Counted from the first letter of the stretch, positions 51,291 through 61,344 are shown. The stretch is DNA of 64,000 nucleotides from an uncultured delta proteobacterium (GCA_963827685.1 CAWHBU010000002.1:352001-416000); one strand, 5' to 3'. A program made the numbers and translations. The notes: a model not told the origin generated them from the sequence alone.

Positions 51291-51325
51291 TGTTTAGATT
51301 ACATTCGAAAAATCAACTATTATTC

Positions 51326-52162
51326 CTATGGATAGGGAAGTAGTTTTCCCCTGGCCAGAGTGATGTGCTCTTCTTTTCCAACGTGGGGATGATGGCATCG
51401 GGTGCAGGATTTTAGGGCATTCCCCCTCGCTATTTTTCCACCCTCCGGGGCATTGGTACCCATCATCATCTCTTGATATTTTTCACCCGGGCCATGACAG
51501 GCTTCACATCCCACGTTTTTCTCTTGATAGGTTTTCTTTTCCGAATTATATCCTGTTGCATGACAAGGGATACATTTCGTCTGATCCTTTTCGTTCTGGA
51601 TCAGAGAGAAGGCTTTTTGTGCCATCAAAGATTTTCTCCAGACGTCAATGTAGCTCTTGTTCATGCTTTCATGGCATTCGATGCAGGCATTAGAGCCGAC
51701 ATAGGCTGCTTCTTCTTGGGCAAAAAGAGCCGTCTCCTTGGGCGCTGCTTCTTCGGGATAGGTGGGTGCTGTTTTCTCCCAGTTTCGAATAAAGGCCACC
51801 AGTTGATTGATCTGTTCCGGATTCAGGGGGCCTCCCTCTTTCTCCCCGAGAGCAACCATCCCTGTTCCGGGAATTCCGCGTTCAATGATTTTATAAAGGA
51901 TAGTGTCATTGACCGCCTTGAGGTAGTTTCTTGAGTTGATGGCACGGATTCCTCTCTGAGGGGCTCCGTTCTCTCCGTGGCATCGAGCGCAATGTTTCTG
52001 GTAGAGGATGTTCCCCTTTCCTGCGGCCTCCAATTTCATCTGTTCAGCCTCAACTCTCACACGATGGGACTCCAATAGCCAATAGGCTGTTAGGAGGGTA
52101 GCAATGGCCACTGTCAATATCATAGCGATAAATATCTTCTTTTCCGTCACGTTTTTTAACAT
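51326..52162 (-). CDS. Membrane-anchored pentaheme cytochrome c (class I domain plus tetraheme c554-like domain)
   Basis: One TM; CARCH with GIPGTGM distal Met; CIECH, CIPCH, VGCEACHGPG, CTRCH. Confidence 0.88.
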   Translation of the reverse strand: MLKNVTEKKIFIAMILTVAIATLLTAYWLLESHRVRVEAEQMKLEAAGKGNILYQKHCARCHGENGAPQRGIRAINSRNYLKAVNDTILYKIIERGIPGTGMVALGEKEGGPLNPEQINQLVAFIRNWEKTAPTYPEEAAPKETALFAQEEAAYVGSNACIECHESMNKSYIDVWRKSLMAQKAFSLIQNEKDQTKCIPCHATGYNSEKKTYQEKNVGCEACHGPGEKYQEMMMGTNAPEGGKIARGNALKSCTRCHHPHVGKEEHITLARGKLLPYP

Positions 52163-52163
52163 C

Positions 52164-52673
52164 CTAAGTCTTGACCAGCTGAGAGGGGTCGAACTTACTC
52201 CTTTCAATCGCACTGACTGTATCAATGACGACGTTTCCAGCCACAATTTGAAGTTTGTAAAGATCTAATGGGCGTGGAGGAGGGCCGGCAACCACTTCTC
52301 CGAATTGATTGAATTTAGCTCCGTGGCAAGGACATTCGAATTCCTTAATGACCGCGTTCCAGTTGACGATGCAGTGGAGATGGGTGCAGACAGAGGAAAT
52401 GGCTAAGAATCCTCCTTCCGTTCTGACGATAAAGGTTCTTTCCTTACGAAAGGGAATGACCTCGCCCACTTTAAAATCGGTCACTTTACCGCCGATGAAA
52501 ACGGTTTCAATCTTTCCTCCCTTTCGCCTCGGCCAGAGAAAGGCAAAGGTGCCGCCAATCAATTCACCGATCACAACAGCCGCCGCGACAATCCAGGCAT
52601 AGGCAATAAATCTTCTCCGCGAGATAGGTTTTTTGTCAGCCTGTGAACCGGGGTCCTTTTTCTCTTTCATCAT
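52164..52673 (-). CDS. Rieske 2Fe-2S subunit
   Basis: Tat SRRRFI plus TM; CTHLHC and CPCHG; GPPPRPL. Confidence 0.93.
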   Translation of the reverse strand: MMKEKKDPGSQADKKPISRRRFIAYAWIVAAAVVIGELIGGTFAFLWPRRKGGKIETVFIGGKVTDFKVGEVIPFRKERTFIVRTEGGFLAISSVCTHLHCIVNWNAVIKEFECPCHGAKFNQFGEVVAGPPPRPLDLYKLQIVAGNVVIDTVSAIERSKFDPSQLVKT

Positions 52674-53218
52674 TTCCATGGCAGAACAAAACTCCAATTT
52701 GGTCCTCTAAAGAGGGACCCGATCATTGTGAAGATGAGAGCTCCGAAAATGAATAGGGTGAATAAAGTAATCAATATTCTCCTTTTCTCACCGCCGATAA
52801 AGATTCGATTAAAAAGGGACGTCAGTCTGTTTTTCGGCTTCCTATCGATATAGGGGATCAAGAAAAGCCATATGAAGATAAGGAGAGGAAGGATGATTGC
52901 AGGAATCACAGGTTTATTCGTGTAATGGATTAACTCCTGAATCCCCGTAAAATACCAGGGTGCTTTGCCGGGATTGGGGGTGACAAGAGGGTTCGCGAGA
53001 TCTTCTAAGGGGGCATCGAAGAAAAGGGAGATCAGTAAAAGGGCGAAGGTGACGGCTAAAGAGCAGATCGTTAGAAGAATGATGTAGTGCGGAAAGGTCT
53101 CCACTGTGTCTTCCGGAGCCTTCTCCAGCATCGGTGAAGTTCCTTCCACAATCTCCATGAGACCGTAGGTCTTATTGGGATCCTTGATGAACACCTTATC
53201 ATCATCTTTTGTGATCAT
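52670..53218 (-). CDS. Cytochrome b subunit IV (PetD-like)
   Basis: APLEDLANPLVTPNPGKAPWYF, PYID, three TMs. Confidence 0.9.
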   Translation of the reverse strand: MITKDDDKVFIKDPNKTYGLMEIVEGTSPMLEKAPEDTVETFPHYIILLTICSLAVTFALLLISLFFDAPLEDLANPLVTPNPGKAPWYFTGIQELIHYTNKPVIPAIILPLLIFIWLFLIPYIDRKPKNRLTSLFNRIFIGGEKRRILITLFTLFIFGALIFTMIGSLFRGPNWSFVLPWK

Positions 53219-53238
53219 GATTGCCTCATTTATTAATA

Positions 53239-53308
53239 AGTTCGGAGTAATTAGTTCGGAGTTCGGAGCGCTTAATTTTATTAACTCCGAACTCTGAACT
53301 CCGAACTC
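53239..53308. repeat. Inverted heptamer-array hairpin within the operon
   Basis: agttcggagt...agttcggagttcggag / ctccgaactctgaactccgaact. Confidence 0.75.
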
Positions 53309-53320
53309 AAAAACTCAGTG

Positions 53321-54040
53321 TTAGAGTGGTCCTGATATCCCTCCATCTTTTCTCACCCTCCAGAAATGGACGACCATCAGGACGCCGATTATAAGAGGAA
53401 GCTCAACACAGTGCACTACATAAAAACGAAGCAAGGCTTCATGGCCTACCTCATCCGCTCCAAGAAGAAAGAAACGAACATAATTTCCGATGAAAGGAGT
53501 ATAGCTCATGATGGTCGTCCCTACTGTAATTCCCCAATAAGCAAGTTGATCCCATGGGAGAAGATATCCTGTGTAACTTAGAGCCAGGGTGAGGATGAGA
53601 AGGCCAATTCCGATCACCCAATTAAACTCCCGAGGAGGCCTGTATGACCGTGTGTAGAATACCCTCACCATGTGGAGGAAGACTGTCACCACCATTCCAT
53701 GAGCGGACCATCGATGCAAATTTCTTAAAATCTTGCCGTTGAAAATAAGGGCCAATGCCTGCATATCGAAGTAGGCCCTTTCAATAGAAGGCGTATAATG
53801 AAACATCAGAAGTATGCCAGTGACCGTGAGGATGATGAAGAGGAGACAGGAGATCCCTCCCAGGCAGAATGTATAAGAGAAACGGAGGCCGTGACGTTTT
53901 ATCTTGGCCGGGAAGATATGGAGGAAAAAGTTGTTATAGATCAACAGGGAACGCTTCAGATCGGTATCCGGCATCCCAGTTCTGAAGATCGAACGCCATA
54001 CTGCCGAATCTGAAATGCGTTGTAAAATCCCTCTCTTCAT
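53321..54040 (-). CDS. Cytochrome b6-type subunit (PetB-like)
   Basis: FCLGG (heme ci Cys), HRWSAH...[17 protein letters not shown]-x14-H, C-terminal GISGPL. Confidence 0.93.
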   Translation of the reverse strand: MKRGILQRISDSAVWRSIFRTGMPDTDLKRSLLIYNNFFLHIFPAKIKRHGLRFSYTFCLGGISCLLFIILTVTGILLMFHYTPSIERAYFDMQALALIFNGKILRNLHRWSAHGMVVTVFLHMVRVFYTRSYRPPREFNWVIGIGLLILTLALSYTGYLLPWDQLAYWGITVGTTIMSYTPFIGNYVRFFLLGADEVGHEALLRFYVVHCVELPLIIGVLMVVHFWRVRKDGGISGPL

Positions 54041-55842
54041 CCTTGTTCACCTCTGTAAAGGGTTGATTCACGATGGTACTCTTCCATCGTGATGGTTCCG
54101 GTAGGACATCGTTTAACACAGAGGCCACATTGGATGCAGCGCGATTCATCTTTGAAGATGACAGAGGCCAAGTTGAGTTTTTGAGCATCTTCTAAGGAAA
54201 CTTTGCAAAGAGATTCAACCAAATTTGAGAGCTTTTCGTCTCCCTCTATTTCATCGAGTCTTGCCATCCGAAAACAGGATTTTGGACAGATATCGACACA
54301 GCCGCCGCACAGAATACATTTTGTCCGATCGAAGATGGTGAAGATGTGGCACTGGAGACACCGAACAGCCTCCTTTACCGCCACCTCTCTGGAAAAACCC
54401 AATTCTACTTCTCTATCCATGGACCCTCTCTCCCGAGCAGGAAGAGTCTCCATTCTCTGTCGAGGTATCTTCTCCAGGTCGGGGTCGATTTGGACCTCCC
54501 GAATCGCGGTAAAGTAAGCGGGCTTCTTTTCGAATACTTCTCCACTCAGATACTTGTGGATCGAGAGACCTGCCTTCCTTCCATCGGCGATCACCCGTAT
54601 CACATCCCTGGGGCCTGTGACAAAGTCTCCTCCAGCGAAGATACCGTGCACATTCGTCTCAAAAGTTTCCGGATTGACGGATAAACGGTCCCACCTGGAA
54701 ATTTCGAAACCGATCTCTTCGGGAAGGAAAGAGATATCCGGCGATTGACTGACCGCCGGTATGAGGAGGTCGATATCGATGTCGAATTCAGTTCCTTCAA
54801 CGGGGATCGGCCTTCGGCGGCCATCCTTTTCGGGGTCACCCAACCGGTTTCGGATACATTGGACCCCTGAGACCCTTGTTCCATCTCTCGAGAGGACCCG
54901 AATCGGTTGGGTGAGATAATGTACTTTGATGCCTTCCTCTTCCACCTCCTCTAATTCCCTGGGATCAACAGGCATCTCCTCTCTGGTCCTACGATAGAGA
55001 ATGAAGACCTCCTTTGCGCCCAATCGAAAAGAAGAACGGGCTGAGTCCATAGCTGTATTTCCCCCTCCGATCACCGCAACCCTTGAGCCAATTTTTGGAT
55101 TCTTGTCGAAATTGACCATTCGCATAAAGGTCACGCCATGGATCACACCTTGAAGATCTTCCCCGGGGATCCCCAATTTCTCAGCCTTATGCGCCCCCGC
55201 AGCGATATAAACGGCATCATACTTCTTTCTCAAACTTTCTAAATTCAGTTCTTTTCCAATGGGGGTCTCAGTGATGATTTCAACTCCCAATTCTCTCACT
55301 TCATCAATTGCTTGCTGCACCACTTCTCTTGGAAGGCGGTAGGGAGGAATTCCAACATTAAGCATCCCGCCCGGAATGGGGAATGACTCATAGATTGTGA
55401 CGGAATAACCGAACCTGGCAAGATCATTGGCGGCTGAAAGCCCGGAGGGTCCGGCACCGATGACCGCGACGTTTTTGTCCCTCTTTTTGATCGCTGTTTC
55501 TTTTTGAGGGACGTGAGTTTCGAAATCCGCAGAAGCCCTCTTCAATGAGCAGATGGAAATGGGAAGGTCGAGCAGGAGGCCTCTTCGGCATTTCTCTTCG
55601 CAGGGGTGGACACAGATACGGCCCAGAATAGCGGGGAAGAGGTTATCGCCCCGGTTAAGCTCAAAGGCCAGATTATAATTCTCTTCTCGGATTGCAGAGA
55701 TGTATTGGGGAGCACGGGTATTCACGGGACAGGCATTTTCGCAGCCGATGTTTTCTTCAAACCAACGTTGATTCGGAATTTGGACATGAAATCGATTCAT
55801 AAGAGGCCGATTCACGGCTATCCGGGAGATGCAGTGTATCAT
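54037..55842 (-). CDS. NAD(P)H-dependent flavo-iron-sulfur oxidoreductase (GltD/NfnB/DsrL-like) with C-terminal 2x[4Fe-4S]
   Basis: [76 protein letters not shown]. The start may be ATG 55800. Confidence 0.92.
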   Translation of the reverse strand: MIHCISRIAVNRPLMNRFHVQIPNQRWFEENIGCENACPVNTRAPQYISAIREENYNLAFELNRGDNLFPAILGRICVHPCEEKCRRGLLLDLPISICSLKRASADFETHVPQKETAIKKRDKNVAVIGAGPSGLSAANDLARFGYSVTIYESFPIPGGMLNVGIPPYRLPREVVQQAIDEVRELGVEIITETPIGKELNLESLRKKYDAVYIAAGAHKAEKLGIPGEDLQGVIHGVTFMRMVNFDKNPKIGSRVAVIGGGNTAMDSARSSFRLGAKEVFILYRRTREEMPVDPRELEEVEEEGIKVHYLTQPIRVLSRDGTRVSGVQCIRNRLGDPEKDGRRRPIPVEGTEFDIDIDLLIPAVSQSPDISFLPEEIGFEISRWDRLSVNPETFETNVHGIFAGGDFVTGPRDVIRVIADGRKAGLSIHKYLSGEVFEKKPAYFTAIREVQIDPDLEKIPRQRMETLPARERGSMDREVELGFSREVAVKEAVRCLQCHIFTIFDRTKCILCGGCVDICPKSCFRMARLDEIEGDEKLSNLVESLCKVSLEDAQKLNLASVIFKDESRCIQCGLCVKRCPTGTITMEEYHRESTLYRGEQG

Positions 55843-55918
55843 ATGAGGAAAGACTTTGGAAGTAAATACAGAAAATCATGTATTTTTGATGGAGAAATGC
55901 AGTATTTTGAGGATGAAC

Positions 55919-57223
55919 TTAGAATTTTCTGAAGGAACCTTGTTTCCAAGCCTGATCTTCTTCTTCTCTCCTGAAGCTACGTTCAACATAACTGACGTGG
56001 CTGAATGCTCCTGTCTCTATCGGGATAGCCACCTTCATCAGGAGGGTGAAGACGAGGAGACCGACCGCCCAGATTCCAAAGGACACCATGAGTTCCAACA
56101 GGTTCGGAACATAAACGTAGATTTCACCGAGCGGGTCCGGGACAAATCCTGGTATGACGAAACCCGGTCCCTTTTCAATCCAGACCCCTATGATGACGAG
56201 AAGACAGCCCATGTTGAGGGTAGGCAATCGTTTTCGTGCACTGGGAACAAGGAAGAGGAGAAAAGCAATCACGTTCATGGCCATGGCTGCCCATATCCAG
56301 GGGACAAGCTGGTTGTGTCCATGGAGTCCTTCGAATAGGTATTTGAGGGGAGCAATATGGATGGTATTCGAATAATACTCCTTGTATATTTCGGCGGTGA
56401 GAAGAAAAAGGTTGACAAACATCGCATAGGCGATCAGCTCGGCAATCTTGAACAGTGCCCTGTCTTCAATCTTGATGTCTGATATCTTACGGATAATCTG
56501 AAAGATAATGATCATGATGGCCGGACCCGAGCACAAAGCGCTCGCCAAGAACCTCGGTGCGAGAATCGATGCATTCCAAAAAGGACGTGCCGCAAGGCCG
56601 TTGTAAAGGAACGCGGTCACGGTGTGAATGCCCACTGCCCATGGGATGGAGGCCAATATGAATGGAAGGATCAATTTCCAGTTGGGTTCTTTCCGATAGT
56701 AGAATTTGATCAAGAGGTAGATAGGAATAAGAAGATTCAAGAACAGATAGCAGTTGAGAACAAGGACATCCCAGGCCAGAAGCGATTGAGGAAAGTTCAT
56801 CAATCCGACAAAAGGAATCATGTGCCAGAACCGGTCGAGCCTTCCGAGGTCGACCATGACAAAGAGGATGGCCATCACAATGGACGATGCGGCGAAGAGT
56901 TCACCCAGGACGACGATCTCTTTGATCGGTTTGAACGAGTAGATATAGGATGGGATAACCAGCAGGACCGCGGCCGCAGCCATGCCAACCAGGTACGTGA
57001 AGTTGGCAATGTACAGGCCCCACGAAACCTGATCGGTCATATTCGTTTCGATGAGACCGAGTTCATGCTGTTTCAGGTAAAACGACAAACCTATGAATAT
57101 GATCGTCAACAGGAAAAGGCACCAGGCATAGTAGGCTTTGTTCCCTCTCACCACAAGGGACAGCGTCCTTTCGTAAAAATGCCATGTTTCTTTCATTATT
57201 TCCCTGAATTTATCCATTGGCAT
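55919..57223 (-). CDS. NrfD/PsrC-family quinone-interacting membrane subunit
   Basis: SWGLYIANF, VDLGRLDR, SLLAWD, IHTVTAF, RPFWN, APRFLASA. Confidence 0.92.
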   Translation of the reverse strand: MPMDKFREIMKETWHFYERTLSLVVRGNKAYYAWCLFLLTIIFIGLSFYLKQHELGLIETNMTDQVSWGLYIANFTYLVGMAAAAVLLVIPSYIYSFKPIKEIVVLGELFAASSIVMAILFVMVDLGRLDRFWHMIPFVGLMNFPQSLLAWDVLVLNCYLFLNLLIPIYLLIKFYYRKEPNWKLILPFILASIPWAVGIHTVTAFLYNGLAARPFWNASILAPRFLASALCSGPAIMIIIFQIIRKISDIKIEDRALFKIAELIAYAMFVNLFLLTAEIYKEYYSNTIHIAPLKYLFEGLHGHNQLVPWIWAAMAMNVIAFLLFLVPSARKRLPTLNMGCLLVIIGVWIEKGPGFVIPGFVPDPLGEIYVYVPNLLELMVSFGIWAVGLLVFTLLMKVAIPIETGAFSHVSYVERSFRREEEDQAWKQGSFRKF

Positions 57224-57225
57224 CT

Positions 57226-58140
57226 CTATGCTTCGAAAAAATAATAGAACTTAGGCTCGGTATTTAAATCTTCCTTGAGCCGGAAGACCCGCTTTCGATC
57301 GATGATATACCTGATTTCGCTGTTAGGGTCGAGAAGATTTCCGAATTTCCTTGTTCCTGTGGGACAGGCTTCCACACAAGCCGGGTATCTTCCATTTCTC
57401 ACCCGCTGGATACAGAAGGTGCACTTGTCAACAGCACACTTCATCCTCGGTCTGTTTCCGAGGTAGTGGACCGAAGTATTCACCTCTTCGGACGGGATGT
57501 TTGGCTCCGCCCAGTTGAAGACTCTCCCTTTGTAGGGACATGCGGCGATACAGTACCTGCAACCGATGCACCAGTTGTAGTCGACAACCACCAATCCATC
57601 CGGCTCCTTCCAGGTGGCATGGACAGGGCATACCTTCACGCAAGGAGGATTCTCACAGTGCTGGCACTGTACGGGCAGATAGACGAACCCTTTCTCCGGG
57701 ACCTGAGGAGGATCGTAGTAATGCTCGGAGTTTTCAAGATTGATCAGATTCCCTCGCTTGAGTCTGAGAACCCTGATCCATTGGAGCTGAGGTTTATAGC
57801 GGGAATTATTGTTTTCTTTTACACACGCGTAGACGCATCGTCTGCAGCCGATGCAACGTGAAAGTTCAAAGCCGTAACCCCACAGGGTATCGGGGAGGGC
57901 TTCCTTTGTGCTGATCTCAAATTTCTTTCCGTATTTTTGCGAATATCTCTCTTCCAGCTTGGCAATGATGCGCTTCTTCTCATCAGGGGTTAATTCGCGA
58001 AAATGCTTTTGCAGAAGATCCTCTGCCTCTTCCTTCGAGCAAGAGGAGAGTATGGGAAGAGAAACACCTGCCAGAGCGGTCAGGGAGAGATTGTGGAGAA
58101 ACTCTCTTCGGGTATAACGTTTATTATTTCGATTTTGCAT
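57226..58140 (-). CDS. NrfC/DmsB-like Fe-S protein with Tat signal
   Basis: TRREFL; lipobox-like LSSC; CIGCRRCVYAC, CQHCENPPCVKVCP, CIGCRYCIAACP, KCTFC...PACVEACP. Confidence 0.92.
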   Translation of the reverse strand: MQNRNNKRYTRREFLHNLSLTALAGVSLPILSSCSKEEAEDLLQKHFRELTPDEKKRIIAKLEERYSQKYGKKFEISTKEALPDTLWGYGFELSRCIGCRRCVYACVKENNNSRYKPQLQWIRVLRLKRGNLINLENSEHYYDPPQVPEKGFVYLPVQCQHCENPPCVKVCPVHATWKEPDGLVVVDYNWCIGCRYCIAACPYKGRVFNWAEPNIPSEEVNTSVHYLGNRPRMKCAVDKCTFCIQRVRNGRYPACVEACPTGTRKFGNLLDPNSEIRYIIDRKRVFRLKEDLNTEPKFYYFFEA

Positions 58141-58633
58141 CGTGGTTTTTTTCCGGACGATATGGTGGAGGCTCAGGCTTCAACGGTTTAAATTTCGGGT
58201 CATGGGGGTTATGGCAATTGGCGCAGAGATAGTAAACCCTCTTGCCCTGACCGGAAAAGTATCCGACCCGCTTTCCATGAATACCGGCCTTCCAGTCCTT
58301 ATATTGAGGGCCATGACATTCGCCGCACAGCCGATAGCTTTCAGTGAATTTGATTAAATCCCCGTTATAGAGCCTCAGCTTATCTCGATTCTTCGCATCA
58401 TGGCAGTCGAGACACCATCGCATCGTTTCGGCGTGATGGAGCTTGATATCGGTGTGTTCTTCTTTCAGTTCTCTCTTCTTTCGATTCACCTCCAAGGTGG
58501 CATGACAATTGCTGCAAGGAAACATTCCCTCTGTCATTGGAGGAGGAGTATATTCTTCAACGACCGCCGTGGCAGAGGAAGCGAAAAAAAGCAGCAGAAA
58601 CAGTGAAGTAACTGCTGCGTTGGATACTTTCAT
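58124..58633 (-). CDS. Periplasmic tetraheme cytochrome c
   Basis: Sec signal; CSNCH, CLDCH, CGECH, CANCHNPH. Confidence 0.9.
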   Translation of the reverse strand: MKVSNAAVTSLFLLLFFASSATAVVEEYTPPPMTEGMFPCSNCHATLEVNRKKRELKEEHTDIKLHHAETMRWCLDCHDAKNRDKLRLYNGDLIKFTESYRLCGECHGPQYKDWKAGIHGKRVGYFSGQGKRVYYLCANCHNPHDPKFKPLKPEPPPYRPEKNHDAKSK

Positions 58634-58797
58634 GATCGTTCTGTAGCCTTCCTGCCCAAAAAAGAAATCTCGAAGATGTGCAATTCTATTCTACGAGGCA
58701 CTAAAAATAACAAATAGCATCTCCCGTGACAAATTGCAACCTCTTTTTCGATGGAAATTTCTGGCCGGGTATTCCATTTCTTGTTCCCTCAAGGAAC

Positions 58798-58826
58798 TTG
58801 CAACCGTAAGAGAGGTGTGATAATTT
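58798..58826 (+). promoter_or_regulatory. Sigma70-type promoter for comB
   Basis: TTGCAA-17 bp-TAATTT with extended TG; the ATG starts 7 nt after the -10 box. Confidence 0.45.
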
Positions 58827-58832
58827 TTGTTT

Positions 58833-59555
58833 ATGCACATCGATATTCAGTTTGTGCCTTCTCCTCCCAATCCTAATCTTCTTACTGATCGAGTCGTTGT
58901 GGTTATCGATGTTCTCAGGGCAACTTCTGTCATGGTGCATGCGATGTCACAAGGAGCTCTTGAGATCATTCCCGTGGCCACAATAGAGGAAGCTTTTCAA
59001 ATAGCTAAGGCTTTTCCACGAAGTTCTATGCTTTTGGGAGGAGAGAGGGAAAGCAAGAAGATCCCGGGATTTGATTTAGGAAATTCTCCCAAAGAGTATG
59101 TCGCAGAAAGAGTGAAAGGGAAGAAATTAGTCCTGACCACGACCAATGGGACAAAAGCGTTTCATTTGGTTTCTTCCGGGAAAGAGATTTTGGTAGGAAG
59201 TTTTTTTAACATTGGAGCCGTAGCACAGAGATGTCTTGAATTGGACAGGGACCTCCTTATTTTTCCTTCGGGGGATGGAGGAAGTTTTTCGCTGGAAGAT
59301 TCTATCTGCGGAGGAATGTTGATCGAACGGATCACAAACAAAGGAAAAAAATCCATTTCTTTGACCGATGCCTCCTACAGTGCTCAAATCCTTTATCAAA
59401 GATTCAAAGATAATTTATTAGAGGCTTTTCACCTCTCACACCACGGAAAAGAGCTGATTAACCATGGCTTCGAGGATGACCTCGTCTATTGCGTTCAGAT
59501 TGATACTACAAACATCGTTCCAGAATTTAAGGCTGGAGTAATCAGGGCTAAGTGA
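58833..59555 (+). CDS. comB: 2-phosphosulfolactate phosphatase family protein
   Basis: VVIDVLRATS, GGER, FDLGNSP, TTTNGT, SLED. Confidence 0.88.
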   Translation: MHIDIQFVPSPPNPNLLTDRVVVVIDVLRATSVMVHAMSQGALEIIPVATIEEAFQIAKAFPRSSMLLGGERESKKIPGFDLGNSPKEYVAERVKGKKLVLTTTNGTKAFHLVSSGKEILVGSFFNIGAVAQRCLELDRDLLIFPSGDGGSFSLEDSICGGMLIERITNKGKKSISLTDASYSAQILYQRFKDNLLEAFHLSHHGKELINHGFEDDLVYCVQIDTTNIVPEFKAGVIRAK

Positions 59556-59567
59556 TTGCAGAATGGG

Positions 59568-59587
59568 TCTGCCTGCCGGCAGGCAGA
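59568..59587. repeat. 20-bp perfect palindrome tctgcctgccggcaggcaga
   Basis: Same core at 30548-30567 and 42059-42078. Confidence 0.85.
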
Positions 59588-59724
59588 GATTGGGCGATGC
59601 GGAGTATAATAAAGATAATTCGTCATGAGGGCTGCAACACCCACAAGCCACGAAAATAGAACTATTCCCCTCTCCCTTGATGGGGGAGGAAATTTTTTAT
59701 TTTCTCAGCAAAGAGGAGAGAGCG

Positions 59725-60195
59725 ATGCGACGCCGAGATCGGGAATTAGGGAATAAAGAAACCATCCTCGCCATTTTAGAACAGTCTCCGGTAGGAAGGA
59801 TGGCCACCATCAATCGGAAGGGCTTTCCGGTGATCAAGCCTGTCAACTTTCTCTATTGGGACGGAAGGATTTACCTCCACTCCTCAACGAAGGGAGAGAA
59901 GATCAGCGATATCCGTCGAGGAAGTCCCATCTGTTTTGAAGTGGATGAGCCCATTGCCTATGTGGCGGCTGTAAGCCCCGCCTGTAAGAGCACCTATTAC
60001 TATCGAAGCATCATCGTTAAAGGAAATGCTGCCATTGTGAGCCGGCTTGACAAGAAATTAGAAATTCTTGAGAGGCTGATGGAGAAATATCAGCCAGAAG
60101 GCGGCTGTGAAGGAGTAACAGAGGAGATTCTTAAGAGAACAGCGGTGATCGAAATCTCTATTCGTGAAATAACCGGAAAGGAGCATTTGGGATAA
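59725..60195 (+). CDS. Pyridoxamine 5'-phosphate oxidase-like flavin-binding protein
   Basis: MRRRDRE, IYLHS..KGEK, ICFEVD, YRSIIVKG, ITGK. Confidence 0.85.
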   Translation: MRRRDRELGNKETILAILEQSPVGRMATINRKGFPVIKPVNFLYWDGRIYLHSSTKGEKISDIRRGSPICFEVDEPIAYVAAVSPACKSTYYYRSIIVKGNAAIVSRLDKKLEILERLMEKYQPEGGCEGVTEEILKRTAVIEISIREITGKEHLG

Positions 60196-61344
60196 ATGAA
60201 ATCTACTGTCTCCATTGTCAAGTGCAAAAATTATGAGGAAGATAAAGTTTTGAATGCACTTCGGCAGTCCATTGACCTGATTGGAGGGATTCAGACTTTT
60301 GTAAAGAAGGGCAGGCGTGTCCTTCTCAAGCCAAATCTCCTTTTTGGAAAACCTCCAGAAAAGGCTGTGACGACTCATCCCTCTGTCATCAGAGGGATGA
60401 TCCAGATCGTTCGGGAAGCAGGAGGGGTCCCTTTCATTGGAGATAGTCCTTCGGTCGGAAGTTTGACGAGGACGGCTGAGAAAGCTGGCATCAAGGCAGT
60501 GGCCGATGAGATGAAATGCCCTCTTGTGGAATTTAACAGACCTGTTCTCCCTTTGAAAGGAGGAGGGAAAACATTTAAACAATTGGAAGTTGACCAGACT
60601 GTTTTGGAAGCGGATGTGATCATCAATCTTCCTAAATTCAAAACTCATAGCCTGACGCTTCTCACCCTGGGGGTAAAGAACCTCTTCGGGTGTATCCCCG
60701 GACCGAAGAAAGCCTTATGGCATCTTAAGGCAGGAGATGATCGAAAAATCTTTGCCCAAATACTTTTTGATATCTACCATGTGATCCAGCCCTCCCTCTC
60801 CATTTTGGATGGGATTGTGGGGATGGAAGGGAATGGACCGAATAGCGGCCGCCCGATTCCAATAGGATTGATTCTGGCAAGCGGGGATCCCTTGAGTTTG
60901 GATCAGATCGTATGTGACCTGTTGGGGATTTCAAGGGAATCTCTGTTGACGAACCGCGTGGCGCTTGAACAGGGGATGGGAAAAGATCCGATTGAGGTTT
61001 TGGGGGAGAGCGTAGAAGATCTTAAGATTTCTGACTTCCAATTTCCAGCCCTCTCTCAGCCGGATTGGAACTTACCGGGATTTTTGGGAAAGGCGTTGAA
61101 GAACGCTCTGACTTCCAAACCAGTGATTGATGAAGAAGTGTGCAAGGATTGTGATCGATGTGCAGAGATCTGTCCTCCTAAGGCCCTGGCGAGAAAGGGA
61201 GAGGATTTGATTTTCGATTACGGACAATGCATCCGCTGTTTATGTTGCCTCGAGGTCTGCCCAGAAGGAGCCATCTCGATCAAACCAGGATGGGCATTGA
61301 AGATAGTACGCGGTAGGCAGAAGGCAGAAAGCAGAAAAAAGTGA
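60196..61344 (+). CDS. DUF362 protein with C-terminal 2x[4Fe-4S]
   Basis: LLKPNL, TTHP, NLPKFKTH, KNLFG, MEGNGP, CKDCDRCAEICP, CIRCLCCLEVCP. Confidence 0.88.
   Translation: MKSTVSIVKCKNYEEDKVLNALRQSIDLIGGIQTFVKKGRRVLLKPNLLFGKPPEKAVTTHPSVIRGMIQIVREAGGVPFIGDSPSVGSLTRTAEKAGIKAVADEMKCPLVEFNRPVLPLKGGGKTFKQLEVDQTVLEADVIINLPKFKTHSLTLLTLGVKNLFGCIPGPKKALWHLKAGDDRKIFAQILFDIYHVIQPSLSILDGIVGMEGNGPNSGRPIPIGLILASGDPLSLDQIVCDLLGISRESLLTNRVALEQGMGKDPIEVLGESVEDLKISDFQFPALSQPDWNLPGFLGKALKNALTSKPVIDEEVCKDCDRCAEICPPKALARKGEDLIFDYGQCIRCLCCLEVCPEGAISIKPGWALKIVRGRQKAESRKK

Noticed and set aside
51028-51297. Plus-strand ORFs of 89 and 77 aa
   Set aside because: No RBS or motifs; the minus strand better explains the region as a cytochrome relic.
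54037-58633. Calling these genes dsrL/dsrJOP or gltD
   Set aside because: No dsrABMK or gltB nearby, and the cytochrome has four CxxCH motifs; only family-level calls are supportable.
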